From a virus, in IMG/VR virus record IMGVR_UViG_3300013117_000371: a stretch of DNA of 64,000 nucleotides. One strand, written 5' to 3'. Shown in pieces: positions 38,301 to 46,620 of this stretch (its first letter is position 1; each line of letters opens with the position of its first letter). A program made the position numbers and the translations under genes. Below the pieces are notes generated by a model, which was not told the DNA's origin, searched no databases, and saw only the letters and a program-made list of their open reading frames with translations.

Positions 38301-40542
38301 CCCCAATAGCCGCCCCAGCCTCAGTCATTCCTTCCCACAGCTTCCCCCCGAATGAGTACTGCGGTTCGGCCATGCCTCCCACGGCAGCGTACTCAGAGGG
38401 AGTAGCGGCAAATGCGAACATGGGATCGACCGACGTAGCAAACTGCCCACCGGCAACCAGACCCCCTCCGCCGCCGCCCAGCCCAAACTCGCCCATGAGG
38501 GCCGTACTCATAGTAGACTGCGCTCCTGTCATCGTGGGGCCGCCGAAAGCTCCCGCTAAGGCATCCGGAGGGAGCAAGGACCCCATCAGACCGCCACTCC
38601 CGAACTCACCACTTAAAGAAGGCAGCCCCATCGGTGAGGCGAAAGCAGCAGCAGCGGCAGGGCTGCCGCTAATGGTTGCCTGCATCCCCCGCCAGAAGTT
38701 CCCAGTGGGTAAGCCCCGCATGGCCCGATTCATGACGTCGTCGAAGGACTTAGAGACGTAGGACGTCTGAGTGTTGATCATCTGGTCGAGGTACTTGTTA
38801 ATGTAACCCGTCACTCGCTGGTTGAGCTGTGCCCCGAAGTCCTGAAGTCTCTTTTCGAGGGGGCCCAGTAACTGCTTACGTATCCGCCCCACGATCATCC
38901 CCGGGCTCATCACCTGGCCGCGAACCTGCTCTTTGAGCTGCCCCATTTGGCGCACCAGGCCCTCCTGGAGGCTTGACCGTCCCAGCTCCCCAAGGTTGGT
39001 GGTGACCTGGCGCAGCATGGATACTTCCTCTTGCCCGAGACCGGTGAGGGCACGCATCCCAGTGACCGGGTCGGTTCCTGCCTGCTGGGCGTACACACCC
39101 CCCATCCGCTGGACCAGCTCGGACGGGTCCATGGAGCCCATCATCTGCCCCATCAAGTTTGACTGGTTGGCAGCGAAGGAGGACAAGAAACCCTTTCGAG
39201 ACAAGTTCTTTCGGGCCATTTTTCGGAGGTCTTTCCAGTTCAGCCCGCCGCTGCGAAACTGCGCCATGCGGGCAGTGTCCAGGCCCCCACTGCGATCCAT
39301 CAAGGCAGCCATGACGGTCTGCCCCAGCTCGCTTTGCAGCGCCAAGGGGGCGGCCTGCATCATCCGCATGGCCAGGTTGGGGGCGCCCTGCGAGACGGAC
39401 ATGCCCGTGATTTCCTGAACTCGTTCCCCCGAGATCAGCCCGGAACGAGCTGCTTGGGCTATTCCGGTAGCTAACTGCGTCGCTTGCAGCGCCCCTGTCG
39501 CTCGGCGAGTACCGAACATGGAGGCCTGTTGGCTGCCGGCCAACCCCACCTGCATGAGAGTGGCCGAGTCTATCCCGGTCCCCGCCGCTCGAAAGTGAGT
39601 ACCGGTGACATACGCCGCCTGGTCGCCGGTCTTGAAGAAGCCCATCCCCGCAGTTTGCTTCATCGTAGCGTAGGCATCGGCCAAACTGGTACGGAGTACG
39701 CCCGCTACGGTTTTTGTCTCGTCCAACAACTTCCGGAACTTAGCTGAGAATTCCTTAGCAGTCCCAGCGCCTCGATACTCCTGCCCGATCCCTGTGGCGT
39801 ACAGGAGTTGAGAAGCGTCCCGGAACCTCCCGGACGTGTCCTGACCCCTGTGAGCATAGTCCATCATGACATTACGGACGCCGCCGAAGTCTTGCGCCCC
39901 GAACGAACCGCGCATGCCGATATGGGGGCGAATGGCCTGGATAATGTCTGCTGTGTGCCCGTACTGCCCGGCGCCCACGCCGATCTGCTGCCCGGCCCAG
40001 TTCACCCCGGCTAAGCCGGCAATGGTCGGAGCGGCAAACGCTGCGGCACCTATAGCTCCGCCCAGGACCCCACGGGCGATGCCCATGGGGCCTCGACGAG
40101 CATACAGGCTGGGGAGGTCCCTGATCGTGTTCCAGAAACCGGCCTTGACCGGCATCCCGGCGCCCCGCATGACCCCCTGTAACCCCCTAGTCCAACCGTG
40201 CAGTCCCATAGTCAGGGGGTCGAAAACGCTGGCGGCGATCCTCGGCGCCGTCCCCATACGGTGCATCCCCATGGCCATGGAGGCCCACCCCAGCATCCCT
40301 ACGCCGGCAGCACCGGCAGCTCCTGCCGCAACTCCTGCGGTGGTGCCTACATTGGCCGGGGTGGGAGCCAGCGGGTTGACCATCTCACCAGCAGGCATAC
40401 CCCCCGGGTAGGACCCGGCGTAAGGGCCCATCTGCCCCCCATACCGGGCCTGGCCGGCCGCCATCATATTGAACTGGCGGGCCTGCATCATCGCTGCCCG
40501 TTGGGCCGCTATTACCTGTTGCTGAGTGAGGATGTCTACCAT
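35362..40542 (-). CDS. tail tape measure protein (1726 aa)
   Basis: Long G/A/M-rich helical protein with hydrophobic glycine-rich stretches, between chaperone genes and hub/baseplate. Confidence 0.8.
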   Translation of the reverse strand: MVDILTQQQVIAAQRAAMMQARQFNMMAAGQARYGGQMGPYAGSYPGGMPAGEMVNPLAPTPANVGTTAGVAAGAAGAAGVGMLGWASMAMGMHRMGTAPRIAASVFDPLTMGLHGWTRGLQGVMRGAGMPVKAGFWNTIRDLPSLYARRGPMGIARGVLGGAIGAAAFAAPTIAGLAGVNWAGQQIGVGAGQYGHTADIIQAIRPHIGMRGSFGAQDFGGVRNVMMDYAHRGQDTSGRFRDASQLLYATGIGQEYRGAGTAKEFSAKFRKLLDETKTVAGVLRTSLADAYATMKQTAGMGFFKTGDQAAYVTGTHFRAAGTGIDSATLMQVGLAGSQQASMFGTRRATGALQATQLATGIAQAARSGLISGERVQEITGMSVSQGAPNLAMRMMQAAPLALQSELGQTVMAALMDRSGGLDTARMAQFRSGGLNWKDLRKMARKNLSRKGFLSSFAANQSNLMGQMMGSMDPSELVQRMGGVYAQQAGTDPVTGMRALTGLGQEEVSMLRQVTTNLGELGRSSLQEGLVRQMGQLKEQVRGQVMSPGMIVGRIRKQLLGPLEKRLQDFGAQLNQRVTGYINKYLDQMINTQTSYVSKSFDDVMNRAMRGLPTGNFWRGMQATISGSPAAAAAFASPMGLPSLSGEFGSGGLMGSLLPPDALAGAFGGPTMTGAQSTMSTALMGEFGLGGGGGGLVAGGQFATSVDPMFAFAATPSEYAAVGGMAEPQYSFGGKLWEGMTEAGAAIGGFAGGAVGGDVGEWAGSGLGRVGALGAHPVYGRAVRGAFGRAGAVVGRGLTPMRYFKGGRFMGGGARAAKGGQWAFRGLAGERGILAPFLQGSRYGGGGIGASLRGGMGEVGKWAKGTGAYRGGRAVLRGAGKLPVVGTALDVGKMGLGMGKAGMGVGGGAMALGRGLLKWGGVAAVGLTTAADLYAYHQRHAAFEEALGSRSGMEAVIAQMSRTGYNLRQADEDVSGFLGQFNLSGRKVGLRRAGFTDYAKMAAYSALLSPGELIGGQDFRETLMQGLDIARPGEMEGMQKFAVGGETYYAFSDDDDSFQKVKNAVRGMGTIAPPATAGKPPWWLGGFTKEAGVAARTAAVDQEVAISHRRVSDQELARTSRDLGVDVYHSSAEVILYQDIAMSRSDHDVIKQFLVDARAGNAGAMSRMKGYLEGSPQMIKLAQTLAGTPDWKAAHWEAFEKLELLSGGKLQAPSGYAPAQDLTDIPDLPRWAQSLKGHAAAQFGQGFRRGTGAPPTKADTYHATMRKLGAPEGITAEEIVGARGFTREALARGMLQEMSLVVDPSKARRGSRGSVGEHALEQQIKKAWDPLAISRSGFRRKLSALGDEIMRMKGAEVAGKPVDDRTYRAMMKEMAMYTTKEVTRGVMSPLFEGDPQYGGMVRGTAGLRASRLHGLAELGKVAEYYKVEDRWYEQAGTIKERWKKNKMRDQLRYILPAGNIRGALEKYIDEFPAALSAGKEALTKSLSQDVLAQIDQAGASELEELSRIFASDPLLSAQFGRYTNQMLAIETGWTRRRKPKAVLERFEGMAGMAVWGDLKKWERDVMKGGGRLWTVQAKIAEELQKSYRFEGSRGEGLTKAHEIAGMMIKAMGAKTSDEQRKQARSVAAALRKFTRHPMGAGVAGEQGEVGDLGKLIAMLESSEAEKGKLIDLFKDGTAQFTMSQAGMESLGKELAAALKAGGRGGGLHISLGGAPSKDNQDAEGAGH

Positions 40543-40574
40543 GCCTTCTCCCCGGCGGGCGCACTCTTAGGCTA

Positions 40575-40603
40575 AGTGTAGCGGAAATAGGGAGGGGTGT
40601 CCA
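40575..40603 (-). promoter_or_regulatory. sigma70-type promoter for the tape measure/baseplate operon
   Basis: TGGACA-17nt-TACACT in a 72-bp gap. Confidence 0.55.
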
Positions 40604-40614
40604 TCTTCTTGGGC

Positions 40615-40929
40615 TTACTTCTTGGGGGGAGGTTTTCTGCCCCCTTCCGGAGGTTTCTTGGGGGGAGACTTCGCCGCCCTCCTACGGGGGGTTTTACGGC
40701 GAGGCTCGGACCCGGAAAGTGCCACCTCAGCGAGGAGCTCTTTGCGGTCCCGCAACTCCAGGATGACCTCTTGGATGACTTCCCGGCCAAGGAAGGAAGC
40801 CTCCGCCTCGGGCCCCCCCATCCCATCAGACAGCTCCCCCAGGTAGTTGATCAGCAGCTGATACAGCTGAGCCTTCTCCTGAGCTTTCTGAACTTCGGCC
40901 AGCAAAGTCCGTAATTGGCGGCGATCCAC
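40615..40929 (-). CDS. hypothetical protein with basic Pro/Lys tail
   Basis: 104 aa; ends KSPPKKPPEGGRKPPPKK. Confidence 0.65.
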   Translation of the reverse strand: MDRRQLRTLLAEVQKAQEKAQLYQLLINYLGELSDGMGGPEAEASFLGREVIQEVILELRDRKELLAEVALSGSEPRRKTPRRRAAKSPPKKPPEGGRKPPPKK

Positions 40930-41444
40930 TAAAGCTCCAAGAACATTTCGAACAGAGAAGAAAGGGACCGCCCCTGCAAGTCCCGCTCGATCTGGTCCGC
41001 TTCGTACACCCGATATGACCCCATCTCCATGAGCTCGTCCGGGTGCCGGCGGGCCGCCTCCATCATCTCCTCTTCTTCCCTGACGTTGAACGGCAAGTAC
41101 ATAGAGGAGACGTCGGACGCCCTTCCGGTCTTTTCAGCGATGGTCTCCCAGATGCGGGCGAGCTCGGAGGCTACATACCGCTTGCCCCCGGTAATCAACA
41201 ACCCCTCCCACGCCTCTTCTTCATCCGTCGCCGGGTGGAAGGTCTCGTAGCAGCATACGCAAACGTAGTCAACCACGGCACCGTGGCACTTGGTGCACAC
41301 CCCGTAGCTGCTGGTGGTAAGCTCCGTTTGCTGCATGACGTCGTGCCCGCTCCAAAAGGTCAAATCCACCAACGGGTAGGCCCGGTCCTCATCCCTCCCG
41401 AATACCAGCTGTATCATAACTCGAGGAATTGGCGAAACCATCAC
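40929..41444 (-). CDS. zinc-finger protein
   Basis: CTKC...CVCC; coupled to neighbours. Confidence 0.7.
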   Translation of the reverse strand: MMVSPIPRVMIQLVFGRDEDRAYPLVDLTFWSGHDVMQQTELTTSSYGVCTKCHGAVVDYVCVCCYETFHPATDEEEAWEGLLITGGKRYVASELARIWETIAEKTGRASDVSSMYLPFNVREEEEMMEAARRHPDELMEMGSYRVYEADQIERDLQGRSLSSLFEMFLEL

Positions 41445-41851
41445 ACCTCCCCTTCTTTGATGGGCACGGTGCCGGCCACTCGGGTGGCTCCGTCGGCAGT
41501 CAAGTAGTCCAGGGTAAAGCAGCCTTCGACTTCGACGCCGACTGTCCTCAGCTCAACAAACTCGCCCAGGACGAAGCGGCCCCCACCCATGTCGATTCGG
41601 CGGGTGCGGTACTTCCCGGGGGGGCGGGCCGTCCCTTGGATAGCCAGGTCCAACCGGTCAAAGGGGATGACAATCATCAGCTTTTTCCCTTTTCGGGACA
41701 TGGTGCCGGCCATTACCACGCCGCCGGGTATCCGGTCGATCCGGTCCATTTCCAACTTGACAATTCTGCGCTTCTCATTGTAGAGCACCCGCAAACCGCT
41801 CACGTTGAGCTTCTTCAGCGCTCTACGCAATGTTGCCACTTTATCCCTCAT
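41441..41851 (-). CDS. hypothetical basic protein
   Basis: 136 aa, overlap-coupled. Confidence 0.65.
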   Translation of the reverse strand: MRDKVATLRRALKKLNVSGLRVLYNEKRRIVKLEMDRIDRIPGGVVMAGTMSRKGKKLMIVIPFDRLDLAIQGTARPPGKYRTRRIDMGGGRFVLGEFVELRTVGVEVEGCFTLDYLTADGATRVAGTVPIKEGEV

Positions 41852-42305
41852 AGTACTCCCCCTTCAATAGGAAATTCACCGTACTGAGCGGGCCGTACGG
41901 GACCTTGGACAAAGCGAAAACGATGCTCCCCCTTTCCAACTGGTCAGAGGGGGCAACGGGAACACCCATCAAGGTAGCCGCCGGGCGGAGCCCCGCCCAT
42001 TGGAACAAGCTGGGCACATTGCGCACATAGATCCGGACGAGGAAGTAGCCGCGGTCGGCGCAAAAGGCAAATACTCCCTGTAGGTCCTCGACCGCCTCCT
42101 TGGTGAGGCGGACGGCGGTGATCTCCCGCAGCCCCAAGAGGTCCTCCAAGGAACGCACAGTGTCCTTCGCAGGCGTTGCTCTCAACTCAAGTTGAAACTT
42201 ATCCGGCAGGACATGGATTTCGGTAGCGCCCCAAGCAAAAGCAGCGGCGACTACCCCCAGAACCTCATGGATTCCCCGCCCCCGCCTCTTTTTGTCGACG
42301 CGCAT
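41841..42305 (-). CDS. hypothetical protein
   Basis: 154 aa, overlap-coupled. Confidence 0.65.
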   Translation of the reverse strand: MRVDKKRRGRGIHEVLGVVAAAFAWGATEIHVLPDKFQLELRATPAKDTVRSLEDLLGLREITAVRLTKEAVEDLQGVFAFCADRGYFLVRIYVRNVPSLFQWAGLRPAATLMGVPVAPSDQLERGSIVFALSKVPYGPLSTVNFLLKGEYYEG

Positions 42306-42489
42306 GGGCTCTCCGCAGCAGTACTCCCATCACTCCCTTGATCAACCCTCGGATAGCACCCGACTTGGATGTACCTGCCCGAGTGGCGATCTCTTTGAGG
42401 AACCTGTCGGTGTCCGCCGTAACGCGCAGCCCGACAAAGACGGCCTTTTTACACTTCCTCGTCGCCTTCTTCGGAGAGGGCTTCGACAT
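42265..42489 (-). CDS. ribbon-helix-helix (CopG/Arc-like) DNA-binding protein
   Basis: VFVGLRV-TADTDRFLKEIAT-RAGTSKSGAIRGLI. Confidence 0.75.
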   Translation of the reverse strand: MSKPSPKKATRKCKKAVFVGLRVTADTDRFLKEIATRAGTSKSGAIRGLIKGVMGVLLRRAHARRQKEAGAGNP

Positions 42490-42697
42490 GGGCCTTCACT
42501 CCTTCAACGATGAATTCAGGGGTGGCGCGGCGGTCGATAACCAACTGATCATCCTTGAACTTCGCCACTTCGCCGTCAATAACGGCCACCGGCATCACCT
42601 GCATCTTCCCAACGCCGTCAACATAGCTCGCGGAGTAAATACGGACCTCCGTGACGCTGACTACGTTAAATCCGTCTCTCTCGGTGCGATCAACCAT
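42449..42697 (-). CDS. hypothetical protein
   Basis: 82 aa with RBS, overlap-coupled. Confidence 0.6.
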   Translation of the reverse strand: MVDRTERDGFNVVSVTEVRIYSASYVDGVGKMQVMPVAVIDGEVAKFKDDQLVIDRRATPEFIVEGVKAHVEALSEEGDEEV

Positions 42698-43016
42698 CTT
42701 TCTCCTCCTCGGAAATTATCCACTCCTCGCCATCTTCCCGCCCTTCGTCTTCCTGGGCCAAAGAACCCAAATCAGGGATGGACAGGTCGGAGCCGGGTAG
42801 TTCTCCTACTTCCGGTTTAGCTGGGCGTTGGCGGTCGTTGGCTGGATTGGATATATTGCCCATCCCTTCCCGGAACGTAACCATTACGTGCTCAAAGACA
42901 TCATCTGCAACAGGAACGTCCACCTCTGTCTCCCCGTCGGAAATAACCAAAATGTTCAGGTACCTCCCAGTCTCAAGCTCCAGCTCATTCCTGATTCTGC
43001 TAACGAAAAGTCTCAT
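42690..43016 (-). CDS. hypothetical acidic protein
   Basis: 108 aa with GGAGG RBS. Confidence 0.6.
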   Translation of the reverse strand: MRLFVSRIRNELELETGRYLNILVISDGETEVDVPVADDVFEHVMVTFREGMGNISNPANDRQRPAKPEVGELPGSDLSIPDLGSLAQEDEGREDGEEWIISEEEKDG

Positions 43017-43438
43017 ATCCCCTCCGGGAGCATTGAGTCCTTTAATCCCTTAAGTTTGCCGCCGTAGCGACTTCGTTGAGCCCGTTCCCGTTGACGAGCT
43101 GCCCGCATTAGTTCATCCAATGTCGGCAACTTATGTACTTCAAATGGGTCTTGTTCGGTCCAAGCACCGAAAAGTTTCCGTTGCTGCCTCAACTTAGCTC
43201 CAATCTCCTTTTCGTCCACAAGGTGGAGGACCTCATCAATGTGGTCCCCCAACCCACGAGCTCTATCCTTCCCTCCTAGCAGCGAGGCAAACATGAACAA
43301 CAACCTGCGGTAGATGTTGTTCCGCTCCATCACGTACAGGAGCATGGGTAGTTCCGCCTCACTCCCATGGGCAGGCAACGACGTCTTCTCAAAGAAGAGT
43401 TGGAGCCTGGCCCATCCCATGGGAGTGTTTACCCATTT
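43013..43438 (-). CDS. tail assembly chaperone T segment (C-terminal part of the G-T frameshift product)
   Basis: -1 frame of the upstream gene, entered at T TTA AAA; reads KWVNTPMGWARLQLFFEK...; no RBS before its ATG. Confidence 0.75.
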   Translation of the reverse strand, partial: KWVNTPMGWARLQLFFEKTSLPAHGSEAELPMLLYVMERNNIYRRLLFMFASLLGGKDRARGLGDHIDEVLHLVDEKEIGAKLRQQRKLFGAWTEQDPFEVHKLPTLDELMRAARQRERAQRSRYGGKLKGLKDSMLPEGI

Positions 43439-44031
43439 TTTAAAGCCTCCAAAGTCAATGTCTCCTGCACACGAACTTCGAACCAGGTGAAGTTGAACCA
43501 CACCAGCCAGAAGACCGGGTCCGGCAAGGACAAAATAGCCTTGATGTTTCCGTCCAGAACGTTCTTGCTGAACTGCTGCTTGAGCTTGTCCGGCAATGGG
43601 TCGGGGAGTTCCCCCTCCGCAATTGCAGCCAAGCCACAACAGAGGCGGAAGATTTGCTGGTGGAATGCTCCCTCCGGAGACATAACACCGGCATGCCCGA
43701 ACTTCTCCTGCATGGCGGTCACGATGGCCCCTCGATGCCCGGTAGAAGACATTCGGTAGGTGACGTCCAACTTGCCGGGAACGATAGCGACTACCTGAGT
43801 GGCCGCCCCGGTCAGGACGTCGCCGAAGTCTAGGGGCTCCAACCGGGACTCCACTGCCTGCTTCAACCCGCCCAACTCCCGCCAATTGAAACCAGTCTCC
43901 GCCTGCAAGGAGAACCCGGAGATTGCCGCCTCCCCTTCAGCAAACGGCTCCTCCTCCTCTTCCTCGGCAGCCAACTGGTTCAATTGTTCCTGCTCGTCCG
44001 GCCCGGGGAAAATTCCTTGGTCGTCTGGCAT
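43429..44031 (-). CDS. tail assembly chaperone G
   Basis: 200-aa acidic protein ending EALKNG* just after an in-phase slippery site. Confidence 0.75.
   Translation of the reverse strand: MPDDQGIFPGPDEQEQLNQLAAEEEEEEPFAEGEAAISGFSLQAETGFNWRELGGLKQAVESRLEPLDFGDVLTGAATQVVAIVPGKLDVTYRMSSTGHRGAIVTAMQEKFGHAGVMSPEGAFHQQIFRLCCGLAAIAEGELPDPLPDKLKQQFSKNVLDGNIKAILSLPDPVFWLVWFNFTWFEVRVQETLTLEALKNG
43435..43444 (-). other. programmed -1 ribosomal frameshift site
   Basis: gcT TTA AAA AAT: two overlapping in-phase XXXYYYZ heptamers (TTTAAAA, AAAAAAT), followed by an ATGGG-8nt-CCCAT hairpin. Confidence 0.8.
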
Positions 44032-44033
44032 GG

Positions 44034-44555
44034 TTACTCCTTCTTTTCCTTTGGTTCCTCAGGCACCTCAGGCGCTTTCTGCGGCGGAGGCTTGGGGATC
44101 TTGGACTCGTCAATGATGTCCTTACGAGTGAAGGTCAACGTCACCCGCTCAGCGGTCCTCCCGACAACTTCGACAAGGTAGTACATCCCCGTCCGCCCGG
44201 GCACGTCCAGAAGAGGCAATGGGAGGAATGTCTCAAGTACCGACCAGGGAATGTTCGTCTGCTGGTTGAGCCCCTCCTCCGCCGGCGTCGCTTGGAGGAG
44301 GCCCATCACCGCCAACGGGTTGGTGTCTACCGGCAGGAAGTACAGGGGCTTGCCCTCAAACTCCCGAGCCAAGTTACGCAGCGCCAGCATCTTCAGCGTG
44401 CGCGCTTCCCGCGATTCCTGCACAGGTGCTCCCGGAGGGCCTCCAGGGGGCCCTGCCCTCCCTCCCGGGAGCACCCTCATCTTGGTGGGATCGACGCTGG
44501 GGGTTTTTCTCTTCTTCCTTTTCGGCTTCTTCGGTACTTTGTGTTTTTCAGCCAT
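44034..44555 (-). CDS. hypothetical protein with basic N-terminus
   Basis: 173 aa, GGAGGAGG RBS, first gene after the divergent promoter. Confidence 0.7.
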   Translation of the reverse strand: MAEKHKVPKKPKRKKRKTPSVDPTKMRVLPGGRAGPPGGPPGAPVQESREARTLKMLALRNLAREFEGKPLYFLPVDTNPLAVMGLLQATPAEEGLNQQTNIPWSVLETFLPLPLLDVPGRTGMYYLVEVVGRTAERVTLTFTRKDIIDESKIPKPPPQKAPEVPEEPKEKKE

Positions 44556-44588
44556 TTACGCCTCCTCCTTAAGGTCTGTCACGGGGGT

Positions 44589-44617
44589 AATATAGCTTGC
44601 TTGGAACTTCCTGTAAA
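44589..44617 (-). promoter_or_regulatory. sigma70-type promoter (leftward)
   Basis: TTTACA-17nt-TATATT. Confidence 0.65.
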
Positions 44618-44638
44618 GGGAAATGTTTAACAACTTTC

Positions 44639-44668
44639 TTGACATTCGTACGTGGCAGTTGTTATATG
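44639..44668 (+). promoter_or_regulatory. sigma70-type promoter for groES-groEL
   Basis: Perfect TTGACA, 18 nt, TGn-TATATG; GGAGG RBS downstream. Confidence 0.55.
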
Positions 44669-44687
44669 AGTGGACAAGGGAGGAAGG

Positions 44688-44993
44688 ATGCAAGCTCTCT
44701 ACGATTGGGTCATTGTCGAACGGTACATTCCTCAGGCTGGAATCACCCTGGAAATGCCGGATGAGACGAAGTTCATGGAGGCCCTTGCCGTCACCATGAG
44801 GGTGGTCTCCGCCGGCAAAATCTTCGGGCCGGAGGGTTGGGAGGAGCTGCCGGTCTCCGCCGGAGATGTTGTGTTGGCCTCCCTGGTAGGAGGAATCCGC
44901 ATCCGCAGCCGAGAAGGGGAGACACGTTTCGCTATTCGCTACAGTTACTTGATTGCCAAACTCGAGGAGGTCGCAAGCACCCATGAAGATTGA
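44688..44993 (+). CDS. groES: GroES-like co-chaperonin (101 aa)
   Basis: ALYDWVIVER (PLHDRVIVKR), AGITL (GGIVL mobile loop), VVSAG...LPVSAGDVVL (VLAVG...LDVKVGDIVI); directly upstream of groEL. Confidence 0.8.
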   Translation: MQALYDWVIVERYIPQAGITLEMPDETKFMEALAVTMRVVSAGKIFGPEGWEELPVSAGDVVLASLVGGIRIRSREGETRFAIRYSYLIAKLEEVASTHED

Positions 44994-46620
44994 AAAGCTT
45001 ACCGATGTCGCTGTCGTTCTCGAACCGAAAGACCGCATGGTTGCAGGCCTGGACCTGCTGTCCCGCACGGTGCAAACCACACTCGGCCCCGCCGGTCAGT
45101 TTGTCGGTCTGCAAATGAAGCTTGGGCAACCCACCTACACCAAGGATGGTGTTAACGTAGCCCGCCATGTGTGGTCGGAAGACCCCGTCGAAAACTCGGC
45201 CATTCAAACCGTAGTCGGAGCGGCTATGGAAATGAACAACCTCATCGGGGATGGGACCACCACTACAGTCATCCTGGCAGTGGAGTTAGCTCGGCAGCTG
45301 CTCCAATTGACAGGGCGGGACTACAGGGAAACTCTAGCGCACCTGCGTAGGTACTTTAATGTAGCCACGGACGCGGTGAAGGAGCGCATCGTCACTATCG
45401 AGAACAAACTGGGCACCCTGAAAGCGGTCGCGACTATCGCCTGCAACGGTGACGAGGTCCTCAGCACGCTTGTGGCCGAAGCGGTTCATGCCGTGGGGAG
45501 GGATGGTGTGGTAGCCTTCCAAGACTCCCCTTCCGGCGAGCCGTACTACGAAGTCACCCAAGGGATGATATTCGACCGGGGGTACGCCTCCTCGCATTTC
45601 CTGGTCCAGGATGACCAGGCCGGCAAGATTGACTTTGGGGGCCAACCAGATGAGGCGTGCCTGGTGTTTGTCAGCGCCGACACCCTGGCTGAAGCGGAGG
45701 AAGTCTTACCCATCCTGCAAACCGTAGACCACATCGGCCAACCCCTATTGCTGATTGCGCCCGATATAGTCGGCAACGCCCTGGGGATGATGATCATTAA
45801 CCGAAAGCAGGGCCGGGTCCACTCCTGCGCCATCCGGGCGCCGGGGTCGGGAGAGCGCCGCTTGCGCATGCTGGAGGACATCGCCCTCGCCACCGGCGGG
45901 AGGCTGTTCGCCACCAATCACGGCAAGGACATCCGGGAGTTTACCCCCAACGACGTCATGGAGCACCTGGGGAAAGCCGGACGGGTCCTCATCTCGGACA
46001 AACGCACGGTGCTCTTCGACGCTGGCGGAGAAGAGGAAGTAGTGGAGGCCCACATCGCCAGCCTCAAACAGGCGGCAGAAGACAACCCCCACGAGCGTAA
46101 GAGGTACCAAGAACGAATTGCGCAACTAGCGGGCGGCGTAGGGTCGGTATTCGTACCTGGGTACAACAACGCAGAGAAGGCAGCCCACCGCTTCTTGGTC
46201 GAGGATGGTATCTCCGCCTGCATGGCGGCCCTACGGGGGGGCATCCTCCCCGGCGGGTGCTGCGCCTTCAAAGTCATGCTTCAGGCAGTCAGGGGCATCG
46301 AACCCAAAGGGCTGAACGACGTACGGGCCAAGGAAATCTTTTTGAAGACCGTAACCCGCCCAGTGGAGTTGCTCATCGCCAACGCCTTGGAAGGCGGGGA
46401 ACCCGGACACGACACCTTTGATATGATGGGGCGCTTCCTACGCGAAAAGCGGCCCAATTGGGGCGTCGACATCAGCACCATGCAGTTCGCGAACTTAGAC
46501 AAAACGAAGATTTGGGAACCGGCCCTGGTCCCCCTGACGGCGCTGCGCATTGCGTTCAGTTGTGCCACCACTTTGGGCAACACTAAGGCCATGATTGTGC
46601 AACGTGGAAACAAAAAATGA
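44983..46620 (+). CDS. groEL: GroEL-like group I chaperonin (545 aa), no GGM tail
   Basis: TLGP, TKDGV.VA, GDGTTT, GMIFDRGY, QERIAQLAGGV, VEDG, GILPGG; ATG at 44983 with GAGGAGG. Confidence 0.95.
   Translation: MKIEKLTDVAVVLEPKDRMVAGLDLLSRTVQTTLGPAGQFVGLQMKLGQPTYTKDGVNVARHVWSEDPVENSAIQTVVGAAMEMNNLIGDGTTTTVILAVELARQLLQLTGRDYRETLAHLRRYFNVATDAVKERIVTIENKLGTLKAVATIACNGDEVLSTLVAEAVHAVGRDGVVAFQDSPSGEPYYEVTQGMIFDRGYASSHFLVQDDQAGKIDFGGQPDEACLVFVSADTLAEAEEVLPILQTVDHIGQPLLLIAPDIVGNALGMMIINRKQGRVHSCAIRAPGSGERRLRMLEDIALATGGRLFATNHGKDIREFTPNDVMEHLGKAGRVLISDKRTVLFDAGGEEEVVEAHIASLKQAAEDNPHERKRYQERIAQLAGGVGSVFVPGYNNAEKAAHRFLVEDGISACMAALRGGILPGGCCAFKVMLQAVRGIEPKGLNDVRAKEIFLKTVTRPVELLIANALEGGEPGHDTFDMMGRFLREKRPNWGVDISTMQFANLDKTKIWEPALVPLTALRIAFSCATTLGNTKAMIVQRGNKK

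Noticed and set aside
40557-40581. CIRCE-like GCACTC-N9
   Set aside because: The right arm GAGTGC is absent and the site is not upstream of groES.
43439-43885. N-terminal half of the 290-aa track ORF 43013-43885
   Set aside because: It overlaps the tail chaperone G gene in another frame; only the part after the slippery site reads as protein.
44688-46620. Host contamination or chimera explaining groES-groEL
   Set aside because: The genes are divergent, lack the GGM tail and CIRCE, share a divergent promoter gap with phage genes, and the operon's last stop overlaps the tube gene stop.
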